Positions 1 to 9,902 are shown, counted from the first letter of the stretch. The stretch is 64,000 nt of DNA from Bacteroidales bacterium (GCA_045640185.1 JAZUEN010000033.1:26882-90881); one strand, 5' to 3'. The notes: generated by a model from the letters alone, not told the origin. Numbers and translations: made by a program.

Positions 1-534
1 CGGAACAGCCATTGGGCAAACTCAGCCATTGTCGTCGAGATAAGGCTTGAAGATATCCCGCAAACATCTGACCCTGTAATGTTTGGATTGCAATTCCAGA
101 TGATGTACGAGCAACTGGCCTTTGCCAATGGTGGACAGGGCCAAATAGCACCGGCGCAAAGAATGACGGATTTTGTGGATGGGAAAATGTCTGGCAGCTT
201 GCCACGTACATCCTTCACTCCAGGAGTCGTCTCGTCGCCACTTCACCAGTGGATTCCTGACTTCATAAGACAAAGATTGCAAGATGGCTTTGTTCAGTTC
301 GGCAAGAAGATGCATGGATTTTACACCGACGAATCACTGCTTATAGGCGTTGAAAGCAGAACCAGTTCGCCTTTGCGCATCCCACGTGACAAGGAGACGT
401 TTCAACATATTCAGATAGAGGGACTATTCCCTTGTGGCGAAGGTGCCGGATATGCGGGAGGCATTGTGTCGTCGGCCATAGACGGCCAGCGTTGTGCCGA
501 AAAAGTTGACCTGTTCATTAAAAACAGAAGGTGA
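1..534 (+). CDS. FAD-dependent dehydrogenase, C-terminal fragment (5' end lies outside the window)
   Basis: Frame 1 is open from base 1 to TGA 532-534. The C-terminal FPCGEGAGYAGGIVSSAIDG resembles the C-terminal FAD-binding signature of COG2509-type NAD(FAD)-utilizing dehydrogenases. Confidence 0.6.
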   Translation, partial: RNSHWANSAIVVEIRLEDIPQTSDPVMFGLQFQMMYEQLAFANGGQGQIAPAQRMTDFVDGKMSGSLPRTSFTPGVVSSPLHQWIPDFIRQRLQDGFVQFGKKMHGFYTDESLLIGVESRTSSPLRIPRDKETFQHIQIEGLFPCGEGAGYAGGIVSSAIDGQRCAEKVDLFIKNRR

Positions 535-559
535 AAGGTTTTTCGTATCGTTTTAAAGT

Positions 560-567
560 TACCTTTG
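560..567 (+). promoter_or_regulatory. Bacteroidota -7 promoter box (TAnnTTTG)
   Basis: TACCTTTG, 23 nt upstream of ATG 590. Confidence 0.5.
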
Positions 568-589
568 CGTCCGCATAAAAAATAAAGAT

Positions 590-1048
590 ATGTTTATAGG
601 TAGTCTCGCTGATCACAAGAAATTTGATTCCATGCATCCGCTATTTGCTAAGGCTTTTGAATATCTGCAGTCAGTAGATTTCAATGAATATGACGAAGGC
701 AAGTACCCCATTGACGGGAACGACATGTATGCTTCAATTAGTGAGTACGTCACCAAAAGCGACGGACAACTTGAAGGCCATGTTGAATATATTGACATTC
801 AGTATATTGTCAAAGGGTGTGAGTTCATTGGATTTGCCAAAAAAAATGGACAGAAAGAGTCGATTCCATATTCTAACGAGCGAGACATTGCCTTTTATGA
901 AGGTGAATACGAGCAGTTTAAGATTGAAGAAGGGCAGTTCGCCATTTTCTTTCCTGACGATTTGCATCTGCCTTGCCTGAAATGTGATAAGCCTTCTGTC
1001 GTAAGAAAGGTTGTTGTTAAGGTTCGTGTAAAGCCAAGTGAGGCTTAA
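590..1048 (+). CDS. YhcH/YjgK/YiaL (DUF386, EbgC-like) family protein
   Basis: 152-aa ORF. The HVEYIDIQYIVKGCEFIGF and FAIFFPDDLH motifs are typical of the cupin-like YhcH family. Confidence 0.65.
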   Translation: MFIGSLADHKKFDSMHPLFAKAFEYLQSVDFNEYDEGKYPIDGNDMYASISEYVTKSDGQLEGHVEYIDIQYIVKGCEFIGFAKKNGQKESIPYSNERDIAFYEGEYEQFKIEEGQFAIFFPDDLHLPCLKCDKPSVVRKVVVKVRVKPSEA

Positions 1049-1103
1049 TGCGCATCATACTCTGGAATCATTCCAACAATACGTGCTTGTGTGTCGCCTT
1101 GCG

Positions 1104-1874
1104 TCAGCTGTTCTGCTGACGTCTGAACTCTGCGCAAACAATGGCTGTGGCTATTGAAACGTTTAGCGACTCCATGTCTGTTGATGGTGGCGCGTACGAT
1201 GGTATTTTTATGTTTTTGTCCATCATTGCGCTGAGTGCAAGTGTCATTCCTTTCGATTCGTTGCCCATGAAAATCATTGCATTGTTTGGTAATGCCGATT
1301 TGTACATGTTTTCACCATCGAGTCTGGTGCCATAGAGTTTTGTCCCGTTTCCCTTTGCTGATTTTGCCAGATTGAAAAGGTCGCAATAGTGGACATTGAC
1401 CTTGAATATGGCACCCATCGTCGATTGAATCACTTTCGGATTATATACGTCAACGGTATCTTCGGTGCAGAACACGTCTTTGATGCCGAACCAAGCCGCA
1501 GTCCGGATAATTGTACCTAGATTCCCAGGGTCTTGTATGTTTTCAAGCGCTATGCTCAGTCCGTTGCCGGCAATCGCCAAACCTTGATTCGCCTCTGGCA
1601 ATTCAGCCAAAGCCACAACTCTGTTAGGGGTCTTTAGGTGTGTGATCCTTTCCAAATCTTTTTCGGTGACTGCGGATATTTCATTCCCAACTTTAAGCGA
1701 TGTGGGCAATTCATCAATGTATGATTGCAATGCAAAGACTTCAATGACAGAAAATCTGCTCTGCAGAAGTTCCTTTACCATTTTTTCTCCTTCAACTAAG
1801 AAGCATCCGTTGTCCTTGCGTGCCTTTTTTTGGTCAAGCGACTTGATAAGTTTTATCTTGTTGTTGGTAAGCAT
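1104..1874 (-). CDS. TrmH/SpoU-family RNA 2'-O-methyltransferase
   Basis: 256-aa ORF with SpoU motifs (LENIQDPGNLGTIIRTA, FMGNESKG, SLNVSIATAI). Confidence 0.85.
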   Translation of the reverse strand: MLTNNKIKLIKSLDQKKARKDNGCFLVEGEKMVKELLQSRFSVIEVFALQSYIDELPTSLKVGNEISAVTEKDLERITHLKTPNRVVALAELPEANQGLAIAGNGLSIALENIQDPGNLGTIIRTAAWFGIKDVFCTEDTVDVYNPKVIQSTMGAIFKVNVHYCDLFNLAKSAKGNGTKLYGTRLDGENMYKSALPNNAMIFMGNESKGMTLALSAMMDKNIKIPSYAPPSTDMESLNVSIATAIVCAEFRRQQNS

Positions 1875-1890
1875 ATCTTGAGTTTTGGCA

Positions 1891-1898
1891 CAAAAGTA
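1891..1898 (-). promoter_or_regulatory. -7 promoter box (TAnnTTTG on the minus strand)
   Basis: The plus strand reads CAAAAGTA (TACTTTTG on the minus strand), 17 nt upstream of ATG 1874. Confidence 0.5.
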
Positions 1899-1980
1899 AA
1901 CAAACCAAGGAAAATACTAATATGGTGATACTAAAATCCGAAAATCGCAGAATGAAGTCATGATTCAGTGCATCTTGTTT

Positions 1981-1988
1981 TATATTTG
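1981..1988 (+). promoter_or_regulatory. -7 promoter box
   Basis: TATATTTG, 13 nt upstream of ATG 2001, which implies a very short leader. Confidence 0.5.
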
Positions 1989-2000
1989 CATGTCTGTATT

Positions 2001-4295
2001 ATGCGAAAGATAGTTACACGGTTAATATTGGTTGCAGTTGCGGCATTGTCGCTGTCTGGTTGTGATGTGACTCGTCTGGTCCCTGATGATGAGTACCTTC
2101 TGCACCATAATGAGACCAAAATCGATGGCCAGGATTTTGACAAGGGCGAGTTGACAGCATACTATCGGCAAAAGGAAAACCGGAAATTGTTCCGCACATA
2201 TCCTTTCTTTTTGACCACGTATAATTTTGCGCATCGTGGACACGAACGTAAATGGAAAAATTGGTTGGGGCGGGTAGTTGGCGAGGAACCTGTCATCTTC
2301 GATTCAAGCCTCACAGCTAGGACGGCCAAGCAATTTGACATCATACTTCGAAACGATGCTTACTACAATTCGGAAGTGTCATACGACATTGTCAAAAAAG
2401 GCAAGAAGGCCAACGTGGTATACAATGTGAAACTCGGTGAGCCGACGTACATCAGTGCGGTGTCATATACAATCAACGATTCCGTATTGGAGCCTTTGAT
2501 TTTATCGGATACGGGCTCGGCCGCGTTCAAGACTGGGCATTTGTTCACGCTGAATGCATTGCAGGCAGAGCGTGACCGTATTGTAAAACAAGTGCGCAGT
2601 GACGGATATTACCGGTTTAGCGCTGATTTAGTGCGGTATAGGGTTGATACCGCCAACTATAAGGCCAACGTCGAAATAATAGTTGAGAGGCCGGTGTCAC
2701 AAAATGCCGATGGTAATTTAGCTAAATCAAATGCCAAGCAGTTTTGGATAAACAGTGTCTGTTTCTATCTCGACTACAATCCGCAGTCGGCGTTGCGGAA
2801 CCAATCGGCATATTTTCACAATCTCGATACACTTTACAGAAACCAATATATGTTCTTGTTCTCAGGCAAGAGGAAGATAATGCCAAGGACGGTCTTGAAG
2901 GCAAACTTGCTTGAGCCAGGACAATTGTACGATGCTGAAAAAGTAGAGCAGACAAATAAGCATATCAATTCGTTGCGCATTTTCAGGCAAAACAACATAT
3001 CGTTTTCGCAAGTTGAAGGTAGCGATTCGCTGCTCGATTGCAAGGTCTATCTTACACCATCTACTTACCAGAACTATTCAGTCAACTTGGAAGCCACAAA
3101 TACCGATGGAAACATGGGTGTGGGAGGAAACCTGAATTACCAGCATAAGAATCTCTTCCATGGGGCCGAACTGTTCAATGTAAAGTTGTCTGGCTCATTG
3201 CAGCGCCAGACGAAAACCGAGACAACCGAAGCGTTCAATATTGTAGAGTTCGGCGTGGAATCGTCGCTTGAAACGCCATCGTTTGTGTTGCCATTCCGGA
3301 CATCCAACTGGTATAAGAAAATTGATCCAAGAACATCGTTGACAGTGGCCTATAACTATCAGCGACGTCCTGACTATACCAGAAAAATCACATCATTGCT
3401 CACAACTTATTCGTGGAAGGCAAACGACAACGTCAGGTTTTTGGTAAGCCCTCTCGATTTGAACACGGTCCGTATCCCTGAACGTACTGATGAGTTTGAC
3501 CAAAGAATAAAGGGAAAATATATCGAAAACAGCTATAAGGACTATTTTATTATAGGTAGCCGGTATAGCATCCTATTCCAAAATAGCAAGCCTTCAACAG
3601 CATCGGATTTCTCGTATTTCCGGTGGAACATCGACTTGGCGGGCAATCTGTTGCATATGCTGCATGGCGCGACAAACCGTGATACGGTTAGCGGAGGTTA
3701 CTATGAGGTATATAATTTGCAGTATGCCCAATTTGTCAAGACAGATGTCGATTACAGATACTATCATTTCCTCTCGGAAAAGAAGCAATTGGTAGTCCGT
3801 ATGTTTGCAGGCGTTGCCGTACCTTACGGAAATGCCACTGCCGTGCCATTTGTCAGGCAATATTATGCAGGCGGTGCTGATGGCATACGAGCGTGGAATG
3901 TCCGCGACTTGGGCCCAGGCACATATCGTGACACATCGTCTACCTATCCAAACCAGACAGGCGATGTCAAACTCGAGATTAATTTGGAATACAGGTATAA
4001 CATTGTCAGAAATTTGCATGGCGCCATATTCGCCGATGCAGGAAACATATGGGCAATCAAGAAGGATGCGGACCGGCCTGGGGCAGATTTCAATTTTGGC
4101 AAATTCTATAGGCAATTGGCATTGGGTTCGGGTTTGGGCTTGCGTCTGGACTTGAATTTCGCAATTCTCCGGCTCGATGGTGGCGTAAAAATGAGAGATC
4201 CCGCATTGGCGGGCTCTGAAAGTTGGGTTTTGTTCCACAACAAATTCCAATTCCGCGACATTACATGGCAATTTGGCATCGGTTATCCATTCTAG
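2001..4295 (+). CDS. BamA/TamA-family outer-membrane beta-barrel protein with a lipoprotein signal (TamL-like)
   Basis: Start re-called to ATG 2001 (MRKIVTRLILVAVAALSLSGC, a lipobox). The C-terminal Omp85/surface-antigen barrel ends in ...WQFGIGYPF. Confidence 0.8.
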   Translation: MRKIVTRLILVAVAALSLSGCDVTRLVPDDEYLLHHNETKIDGQDFDKGELTAYYRQKENRKLFRTYPFFLTTYNFAHRGHERKWKNWLGRVVGEEPVIFDSSLTARTAKQFDIILRNDAYYNSEVSYDIVKKGKKANVVYNVKLGEPTYISAVSYTINDSVLEPLILSDTGSAAFKTGHLFTLNALQAERDRIVKQVRSDGYYRFSADLVRYRVDTANYKANVEIIVERPVSQNADGNLAKSNAKQFWINSVCFYLDYNPQSALRNQSAYFHNLDTLYRNQYMFLFSGKRKIMPRTVLKANLLEPGQLYDAEKVEQTNKHINSLRIFRQNNISFSQVEGSDSLLDCKVYLTPSTYQNYSVNLEATNTDGNMGVGGNLNYQHKNLFHGAELFNVKLSGSLQRQTKTETTEAFNIVEFGVESSLETPSFVLPFRTSNWYKKIDPRTSLTVAYNYQRRPDYTRKITSLLTTYSWKANDNVRFLVSPLDLNTVRIPERTDEFDQRIKGKYIENSYKDYFIIGSRYSILFQNSKPSTASDFSYFRWNIDLAGNLLHMLHGATNRDTVSGGYYEVYNLQYAQFVKTDVDYRYYHFLSEKKQLVVRMFAGVAVPYGNATAVPFVRQYYAGGADGIRAWNVRDLGPGTYRDTSSTYPNQTGDVKLEINLEYRYNIVRNLHGAIFADAGNIWAIKKDADRPGADFNFGKFYRQLALGSGLGLRLDLNFAILRLDGGVKMRDPALAGSESWVLFHNKFQFRDITWQFGIGYPF

Positions 4296-4306
4296 CACTT
4301 CGGCAC

Positions 4307-5236
4307 ATGAAAATCAGTCAGTTTCTTAAGCAATGCTTTACAATGAACAAAACCCAGCAATGTGGGTCTATTGTACTGATATGTTTGATAGTCGTTACAA
4401 TTGTTCTGCCACGACTTGTCTCATATTACAAGCAGAATAACAGTCAGCCCGATTTTTCCAAATTCGAAGAAATGAAGAACAACATTGTCGAGTATCAAGA
4501 ACCTGAAGCAGCGAAGCAAAGTGAGACAGAAATCGACACTATATTCACATTTGATCCCAACAAAGCATCATATGACGATTTCGTATGTCTCGGATTGTCA
4601 GAAAAAATAGCGGCAAACATAGTTAAGTACCGTAAGGCGGGAGGAAGATTTGCCAAACCTGAAGATTTCTCAAAGATATATGGCATAACAGATAGTGTAT
4701 ATGAACGTCTGAGCCCATACATCAGCATACCACAAGGCACATCTCATGCCGCAAAAAACGCAAATCAAAAAAAGAAGAAGCGTACACATATATATAATAA
4801 TAGTATGCCATCGAAGGAAAAATCAGGCATGACGATGTCTGTCGTTGAATTAAACAGCGCTGACTCTGCACAATTGGATGCTCTGCGAGGTATCGGACCT
4901 GTACTCGCAAAACGGATATTGGCGTATCGCGAATTGCTTGGAGGCTACTATTCGGTGGAACAACTTCGTGAAATCCGCAATCTTTCAGATGAAACTTATG
5001 CCGATTTGTTCATGCAGTTTTCTGTCGATACGGCGCAGATATCTAAAATCGACATAAACAATTTCACATATAAACAATTGAGCAAACATCCATATATGCC
5101 GATAGGGCAGTTGAACTCCATAATGAACTACAAAAAGCTGGTAGGTAAATTTCAATCCGTCGGCGATTTGCTCAAATATAAGTTGGTCGATTCTTTGACT
5201 TTCATGAAAATGGAACCTTACTTAGTCGCGAAATAA
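4307..5236 (+). CDS. ComEA-like helix-hairpin-helix DNA-binding protein, membrane anchored
   Basis: One N-terminal TM helix. Repeated HhH units (LGLSEKIAANIVKYR, LRGIGPVLAKRILAYR, LSKHPYMPIGQLNSIMNYK). ATG 4307 or ATG 4343 is a possible start. Confidence 0.7.
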   Translation: MKISQFLKQCFTMNKTQQCGSIVLICLIVVTIVLPRLVSYYKQNNSQPDFSKFEEMKNNIVEYQEPEAAKQSETEIDTIFTFDPNKASYDDFVCLGLSEKIAANIVKYRKAGGRFAKPEDFSKIYGITDSVYERLSPYISIPQGTSHAAKNANQKKKKRTHIYNNSMPSKEKSGMTMSVVELNSADSAQLDALRGIGPVLAKRILAYRELLGGYYSVEQLREIRNLSDETYADLFMQFSVDTAQISKIDINNFTYKQLSKHPYMPIGQLNSIMNYKKLVGKFQSVGDLLKYKLVDSLTFMKMEPYLVAK

Positions 5237-5349
5237 TTGTACACCAGCATATTGTCGAAAAGTGCAAGCCCATGTTTAGCCTTGAGGCAAATCCATAAAA
5301 AAGTTTAAAAATAAATTCAAGACAAATTTTGTAATTGTGTTTCATTTTC

Positions 5350-5357
5350 TAAATTTG
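5350..5357 (+). promoter_or_regulatory. -7 promoter box
   Basis: TAAATTTG (extended form TTTGCAACC), 39 nt upstream of the rpsU ATG. Confidence 0.55.
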
Positions 5358-5395
5358 CAACCTTGTTTTAAAGATGTTAAATAATACATTATATT

Positions 5396-5593
5396 ATGAT
5401 TGTAATACCAGTAAAAGAAGGCGAAAACATTGATAGAGCCTTGAAAAAATTCAAAAAGAAATTTGAAAAGACAGGAGTTGTAAAAGAGTTGAGAGCTCGC
5501 CAAGTTTTCACAAAACCTTCTGTTGAAAGACGCAGAGAGATCATCAAGGCTGCTTATATTCAGCAATTGCGTGACGCAAGCCAAGAAAATTAA
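5396..5593 (+). CDS. rpsU: 30S ribosomal protein bS21
   Basis: 65 aa. MIVIPVKEGENIDRALKKFKKKFEKTGV... is a canonical S21 sequence. Confidence 0.95.
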   Translation: MIVIPVKEGENIDRALKKFKKKFEKTGVVKELRARQVFTKPSVERRREIIKAAYIQQLRDASQEN

Positions 5594-5644
5594 TTTTCTT
5601 GACAATACTCGTTGCTGATTGCAAACAGACAACAGTCGGTTGTT

Positions 5645-6520
5645 ATGTTTGAGGAATTCCTTAATTACCTGGCAAACGAGAAACGCTATTCTGAGCATAC
5701 ACTTCGTTCGTACAAGGGCGATTTGCAGCAGTTCTTAGATTTCGGTCGAAGTGTCGACAAAGACTTCAATCCACCTACAAGTGATCATTTGATGATCCGT
5801 AGGTGGATTGTCTTTTTAATGGAAGGAGGAGACAAGCCACGTTCAGTCAACCGTAAGATTACCACACTGCGCACCTATTATAAATTTCTGTGCCGTGAAG
5901 GCGTCATAAAGGAAATACCCACCAAAAAGATAGTAAAGCCAAAGACGGAGAAAAACCTGCCATATTTTCTCGACCAAAAGTCAATGACCGAACTTTTCGA
6001 TTGTTTCCATTTCCCCGATGACTTTGAAGGATTCCGTGACAGAACCATATTGCTTACATTTTACTGTACTGGCATGCGTCTGTCCGAATTGTGCCATTTG
6101 AAACTCGTCGACATAGACTACTATAACTCCCAGCTCAAGGTTCTAGGCAAAAGGAACAAGGAGCGGATAATCCCATTCGGGATCGAATTAAGGAACAATT
6201 TGAAACTATATATTGAAGAACGCAATAAAATAACATCGGAACATGATTTTTTATTTGTAACTTCGAAGGGAAAACCAGTATATAGCAAATTGGTGTATAG
6301 AATAGTGAACAAATATTTGGGAGAGGTGACGACGTTGGAAAAGAAAAGTCCACATGTGTTGAGGCACACATTTGCAACGCACATGCTTAACAATGGCGCA
6401 GAGATAAGCGCCATAAAGGAATTGCTCGGACATTCCAATTTGGCGGCCACACAAATATATACGCATACTACATTTGAACGTTTGAAACAAATCTATAATC
6501 AAGCTCATCCAAGAGCATAA
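5645..6520 (+). CDS. Tyrosine site-specific recombinase, XerC/XerD type
   Basis: Start re-called to ATG 5645 (the ORF track begins at TTG 5612). N-terminal SAM-like domain. Catalytic motifs include GMRLSEL, HVLRHTFATH and LGHSNLAATQIYTH. Confidence 0.85.
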   Translation: MFEEFLNYLANEKRYSEHTLRSYKGDLQQFLDFGRSVDKDFNPPTSDHLMIRRWIVFLMEGGDKPRSVNRKITTLRTYYKFLCREGVIKEIPTKKIVKPKTEKNLPYFLDQKSMTELFDCFHFPDDFEGFRDRTILLTFYCTGMRLSELCHLKLVDIDYYNSQLKVLGKRNKERIIPFGIELRNNLKLYIEERNKITSEHDFLFVTSKGKPVYSKLVYRIVNKYLGEVTTLEKKSPHVLRHTFATHMLNNGAEISAIKELLGHSNLAATQIYTHTTFERLKQIYNQAHPRA

Positions 6521-6538
6521 CCACAAAAAACAAATACT

Positions 6539-6838
6539 ATGAAAATTGACATTCATTCATTGCATTTTGATGCAGGAGAAAAATTGTTGGCATTCGTAAC
6601 AGCCAAAGTTAGCAAGTTGGATACGTTCCATGACGCCATTATCGCCGCCGATGTGACGCTCAAATTGGAAAAATCAGACATATCAGAGAACAAAATAGCA
6701 GAAATTAAGGTGCAAATTCCGGGCGATAATGTATTCTGCAGCCGTCAGGCAAAATCGTTCGAAGAGGCTGTGGATTTGGTAGTTGACGCACTCAAGAAAC
6801 AGCTTCAGAAGGCCAAGGAAAAACAGCGTGGATTATAA
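6539..6838 (+). CDS. hpf: Ribosome hibernation promoting factor (short HPF/RaiA)
   Basis: 99 aa with the sigma-54-modulation/S30EA fold pattern, in the conserved position after rpsU-xer. Confidence 0.8.
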   Translation: MKIDIHSLHFDAGEKLLAFVTAKVSKLDTFHDAIIAADVTLKLEKSDISENKIAEIKVQIPGDNVFCSRQAKSFEEAVDLVVDALKKQLQKAKEKQRGL

Positions 6839-6884
6839 TTTCAAAAAAAAATCACCAAAAGGTTTTTATTTCCCAAAATATGTC

Positions 6885-6892
6885 TACATTTG
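6885..6892 (+). promoter_or_regulatory. -7 promoter box for the tRNA cluster
   Basis: TACATTTG, 43 nt upstream of the first tRNA. Confidence 0.5.
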
Positions 6893-6934
6893 CGAACCAT
6901 TTTCAGCAACGGAAATGAACGTTCTTAAATGTAT

Positions 6935-7008
6935 GCCGATGTAGCTCAGTTGGCCAGAGCAGCTGATTTGTAATCAGCTGGTCGTGGGTTCGAATCCCTC
7001 CATCGGCT
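6935..7008 (+). tRNA. tRNA-Thr (anticodon TGT)
   Basis: Cloverleaf read by hand: acceptor GCCGATG/CATCGGC, anticodon loop TTTGTAA, T-loop GGTTCGAATCC. Confidence 0.9.
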
Positions 7009-7031
7009 CTCATTTGTTCTTAATGATTCTT

Positions 7032-7114
7032 GGGAAGATACCAAAGTGGCCAACTGGGGCAGACTGTAAATCTGCTGGCTTACGCCTTCGTAGGTTCGAA
7101 TCCTGCTCTTCCCA
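7032..7114 (+). tRNA. tRNA-Tyr (anticodon GTA), long variable arm
   Basis: Acceptor GGGAAGA/TCTTCCC, anticodon loop CTGTAAA, T-loop GGTTCGAATCC. Confidence 0.9.
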
Positions 7115-7142
7115 CTTTCATTTGAATTTCATTTTGTTTTAA

Positions 7143-7215
7143 GCGGGAGTAGCTCAGTCGATAGAGCATTAGCCTTCCAAGCTAAGGGCCGCGGGTTTGA
7201 ATCCCGTCTCCCGCT
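7143..7215 (+). tRNA. tRNA-Gly (anticodon TCC)
   Basis: Acceptor GCGGGAG/CTCCCGC, anticodon loop CTTCCAA. Confidence 0.9.
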
Positions 7216-7223
7216 CAATACTA

Positions 7224-7295
7224 GCCGACGTAGCTCAGGGGTAGAGCACTTCCTTGGTAAGGAAGAGGCCATGGGTTCAATTCCCATTGTCGGCT
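7224..7295 (+). tRNA. tRNA-Thr (anticodon GGT)
   Basis: Acceptor GCCGACG/TGTCGGC, anticodon loop TTGGTAA. Confidence 0.9.
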
Positions 7296-7312
7296 CCAAG
7301 ACTGGGAACAAT

Positions 7313-7320
7313 TACTTTTG
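7313..7320 (+). promoter_or_regulatory. -7 promoter box
   Basis: TACTTTTG, 25 nt upstream of the tuf ATG. Confidence 0.5.
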
Positions 7321-7345
7321 TCTAATTTGTAAATAATAGGTTATT

Positions 7346-8530
7346 ATGGCTAAAGAACAATTTCAGAGGACCAAACCTCATGTTAATATTGGTACCATTG
7401 GTCACGTTGACCACGGTAAAACTACTTTGACCGCTGCTATTACCAAAGTATTGGCAGAAAAGGGTCTTTCAGAATTGCGTTCATTCGATTCTATCGATAA
7501 CGCTCCAGAGGAAAAGGAACGTGGTATAACCATCAACACTTCTCACGTAGAGTATCAAACAGAAAACCGTCACTATGCACACGTTGACTGCCCGGGCCAC
7601 GCTGACTATGTAAAGAACATGGTAACTGGTGCCGCTCAAATGGATGGTGCTATCCTTGTCTGCGCTGCTACTGATGGTCCTATGCCTCAAACTCGTGAGC
7701 ACATCTTGTTGGCTCGCCAAGTAAACGTTCCAAAGATCGTTGTTTTCTTGAATAAGGTTGATATGGTTGACGACCCTGAGTTGCTTGACCTCGTTGAAAT
7801 GGAAGTCCGCGAATTGCTTTCTTTCTATGGATACGATGGCGATAACACTCCAATCATTAAGGGTTCTGCTCTTGGTGCTTTGAATGGTGAAGCTAAGTGG
7901 GTTGACAAAGTAATGGAACTTATGGCTGCTGTCGACGAATACATTCCTCTTCCAGAACGTGCAGTTGACAAACCATTCTTGATGCCAGTTGAAGACGTAT
8001 TCTCTATCACAGGTCGTGGTACAGTTGCTACAGGTCGTATCGAAACAGGTGTTATCCATGTTAATGACGAAGTACAACTTATCGGTCTTGGCGAAAGCAA
8101 GAAGTCTGTTGTTACTGGTGTTGAAATGTTCCGTAAACTTCTTGATGAAGGTCAGGCTGGTGATAACGTAGGTTTGCTTCTTCGTGGTATTGACAAGGAT
8201 GAAGTTAAACGTGGTATGGTTATCGCAAAACCAGGTCAAGTCACTCCTCACAAGAACTTCAAGGCAGAAGTCTATATCTTGAAGAAAGAAGAAGGTGGTC
8301 GTCACACTCCATTCCATGATAAGTATCGTCCTCAATTCTACATCCGTACTATGGATGTTACTGGTGAGATCAAGTTGCCAGAAGGAACTGAGATGGTAAT
8401 GCCAGGTGATAACTTGACTATCAGCGTAGAGTTGATCACTGCTGTAGCTTGCAACGTTGGTTTGCGTTTTGCAATCCGCGAAGGTGGCCGTACAGTAGGT
8501 GCTGGTCAGATCACTGAGATTCTTGAGTAA
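7346..8530 (+). CDS. tuf: Elongation factor Tu
   Basis: 394 aa with [18 protein letters not shown] and NKVD GTPase motifs. Confidence 0.98.
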   Translation: MAKEQFQRTKPHVNIGTIGHVDHGKTTLTAAITKVLAEKGLSELRSFDSIDNAPEEKERGITINTSHVEYQTENRHYAHVDCPGHADYVKNMVTGAAQMDGAILVCAATDGPMPQTREHILLARQVNVPKIVVFLNKVDMVDDPELLDLVEMEVRELLSFYGYDGDNTPIIKGSALGALNGEAKWVDKVMELMAAVDEYIPLPERAVDKPFLMPVEDVFSITGRGTVATGRIETGVIHVNDEVQLIGLGESKKSVVTGVEMFRKLLDEGQAGDNVGLLLRGIDKDEVKRGMVIAKPGQVTPHKNFKAEVYILKKEEGGRHTPFHDKYRPQFYIRTMDVTGEIKLPEGTEMVMPGDNLTISVELITAVACNVGLRFAIREGGRTVGAGQITEILE

Positions 8531-8552
8531 TACACTTAAGACTAAATATTTT

Positions 8553-8584
8553 AAAGGATTCTAAGTAATTAGAATCCTTTATTT
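8553..8584 (+). terminator. Intrinsic terminator or processing hairpin after tuf
   Basis: Perfect 10-bp stem AAAGGATTCT/AGAATCCTTT with an 8-nt loop and a T-rich tail. It abuts tRNA-Trp. Confidence 0.5.
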
Positions 8585-8657
8585 ACGGGTGTAGCTCAGT
8601 TGGTAGAGCACTAGTCTCCAAAACTAGGTGTCGGGCGTTCGAGTCGCTCCTCCCGTG
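8585..8657 (+). tRNA. tRNA-Trp (anticodon CCA)
   Basis: Anticodon loop CTCCAAA and T-loop GTTCGAGTC. The acceptor stem has one mismatch. Confidence 0.85.
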
Positions 8658-8677
8658 CTTAAAACTATATATTAACA

Positions 8678-8872
8678 ATGCAAAAGATTACAGTATATCT
8701 CAAAGAGGTTTACAACGAGTTAATACACAAAGTTTCGTGGCCTACTTGGTCGGAACTTCAAAATAGTGCTATTGTTGTAATGGTTGCTTCCTTAATTATA
8801 GCCCTCATTATTTACATAATGGATTTTTCATTTGCTCATATAATGGAATTCATTTACGGTTTATTCAGTTAA
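8678..8872 (+). CDS. secE: Preprotein translocase subunit SecE
   Basis: 64 aa with a single C-terminal TM helix, located directly upstream of nusG. Confidence 0.9.
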   Translation: MQKITVYLKEVYNELIHKVSWPTWSELQNSAIVVMVASLIIALIIYIMDFSFAHIMEFIYGLFS

Positions 8873-8891
8873 ATAATTCAATTGTATTCAA

Positions 8892-9428
8892 ATGGAAAAG
8901 AAATGGTATGTTCTCCGAGCCATTAGTGGTCAGGAAAAGAAGGTGAAGGAACAAATCGAGAGCGAAGCTGCTCACCTAAATCTGCAGGAATATGTTTCCC
9001 AAGTCTTGATTCCTACAGAGAAGATTTATCAAATCCGCAATGGTAAGAAGATTAGTAAGGAAAGAAATTTCTTTCCTGGTTACGTGCTAGTCGAAGCAGC
9101 TTTGGTTGGCGAGGTTCCGCATTTTCTTAGGAATATGCCAAATGTCCTTGGTTTTTTAGCTGAGGGTAATGGTGATCCGACGCCTCTTAGGTTGTCTGAA
9201 GTCAACAGGATATTGGGTAAGGTTGATGAACTCGCAGATAGCGATGAAGAAATCAGCGTCCCATTTGTTGTTGGCGAATCTGTTAAAGTCATCGATGGAC
9301 CGTTCAATACATTTAGCGGCATTATCGAGGAAGTTAACGAGGAGAAGAAGAAACTTAAGGTAAGCGTCAAAATTTTTGGCAGAAAAACTCTTGTAGAATT
9401 GAGTTTTATGCAGGTTGTTAAAGAGTAA
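8892..9428 (+). CDS. nusG: Transcription termination/antitermination factor NusG
   Basis: 178 aa. [14 protein letters not shown] at the N-terminus and a C-terminal KOW domain ([11 protein letters not shown]). Confidence 0.95.
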   Translation: MEKKWYVLRAISGQEKKVKEQIESEAAHLNLQEYVSQVLIPTEKIYQIRNGKKISKERNFFPGYVLVEAALVGEVPHFLRNMPNVLGFLAEGNGDPTPLRLSEVNRILGKVDELADSDEEISVPFVVGESVKVIDGPFNTFSGIIEEVNEEKKKLKVSVKIFGRKTLVELSFMQVVKE

Positions 9429-9439
9429 TAAAACTTGTT

Positions 9440-9883
9440 ATGGCAAAAGAAGTTACAGGAATGATCAAGTTGCAAATCAAGGGAGGGGCAGCCAACCCTT
9501 CACCTCCTGTTGGTCCAGCCTTAGGTTCTAAGGGTGTGAACATCATGGATTTTTGCAAGCAGTTTAATGCCCGGACTCAAAACAGCGCTGGAAAAGTGCT
9601 TCCAGTTATCATCACTGTTTATTCCGACAAGTCGTTTGACTTCATTGTTAAACGTCCGCCTGTTGCTGTACAGATTCTTGAGACCGCTAAAGTAAAGAGC
9701 GGTTCTGCAGAGCCAAATCGTAAAAAGGTAGCTTCTTTGACTTGGGATCAAGTTAAAGGAATTGCTGAAGACAAGATGCCAGACTTGAATGCATTTACAA
9801 TCGAGTCAGCTATGCGATTGGTTGCCGGTACGGCACGCAGCATGGGAATAACAGTTACTGGCGAGTTCCCAGGTAATAATTAA
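9440..9883 (+). CDS. rplK: 50S ribosomal protein uL11
   Basis: Contains [20 protein letters not shown]. Confidence 0.97.
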   Translation: MAKEVTGMIKLQIKGGAANPSPPVGPALGSKGVNIMDFCKQFNARTQNSAGKVLPVIITVYSDKSFDFIVKRPPVAVQILETAKVKSGSAEPNRKKVASLTWDQVKGIAEDKMPDLNAFTIESAMRLVAGTARSMGITVTGEFPGNN

Positions 9884-9902
9884 TTAAATACCTCGTGTAA
9901 AA

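Noticed and set aside
5645-7295. A tyrosine recombinase directly next to a four-tRNA cluster, which could mark an integrated mobile element.
   Set aside because: The recombinase has the Xer-type N-terminal domain. It sits in the conserved rpsU-xer-hpf housekeeping context. I found no direct repeat of a tRNA 3' end nearby and no cargo genes, because the neighbours are tuf and ribosomal genes.
7129-7311. A 60-aa minus-strand ORF, and a 92-aa ORF at 37049-37327.
   Set aside because: Both are read through tRNA genes on the opposite strand. They are artefacts of GC-rich, stop-poor tRNA sequence.
7481-8335. A 284-aa antisense ORF inside tuf. Similar antisense ORFs occur inside rpoB and rpoC (for example 14025-14528 and 18775-19314) and inside the Omp85 gene (3594-4298).
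   Set aside because: They lie opposite highly conserved, highly expressed genes. Their translations are compositionally odd and carry no motifs, and they have no independent signals. They are shadow ORFs.
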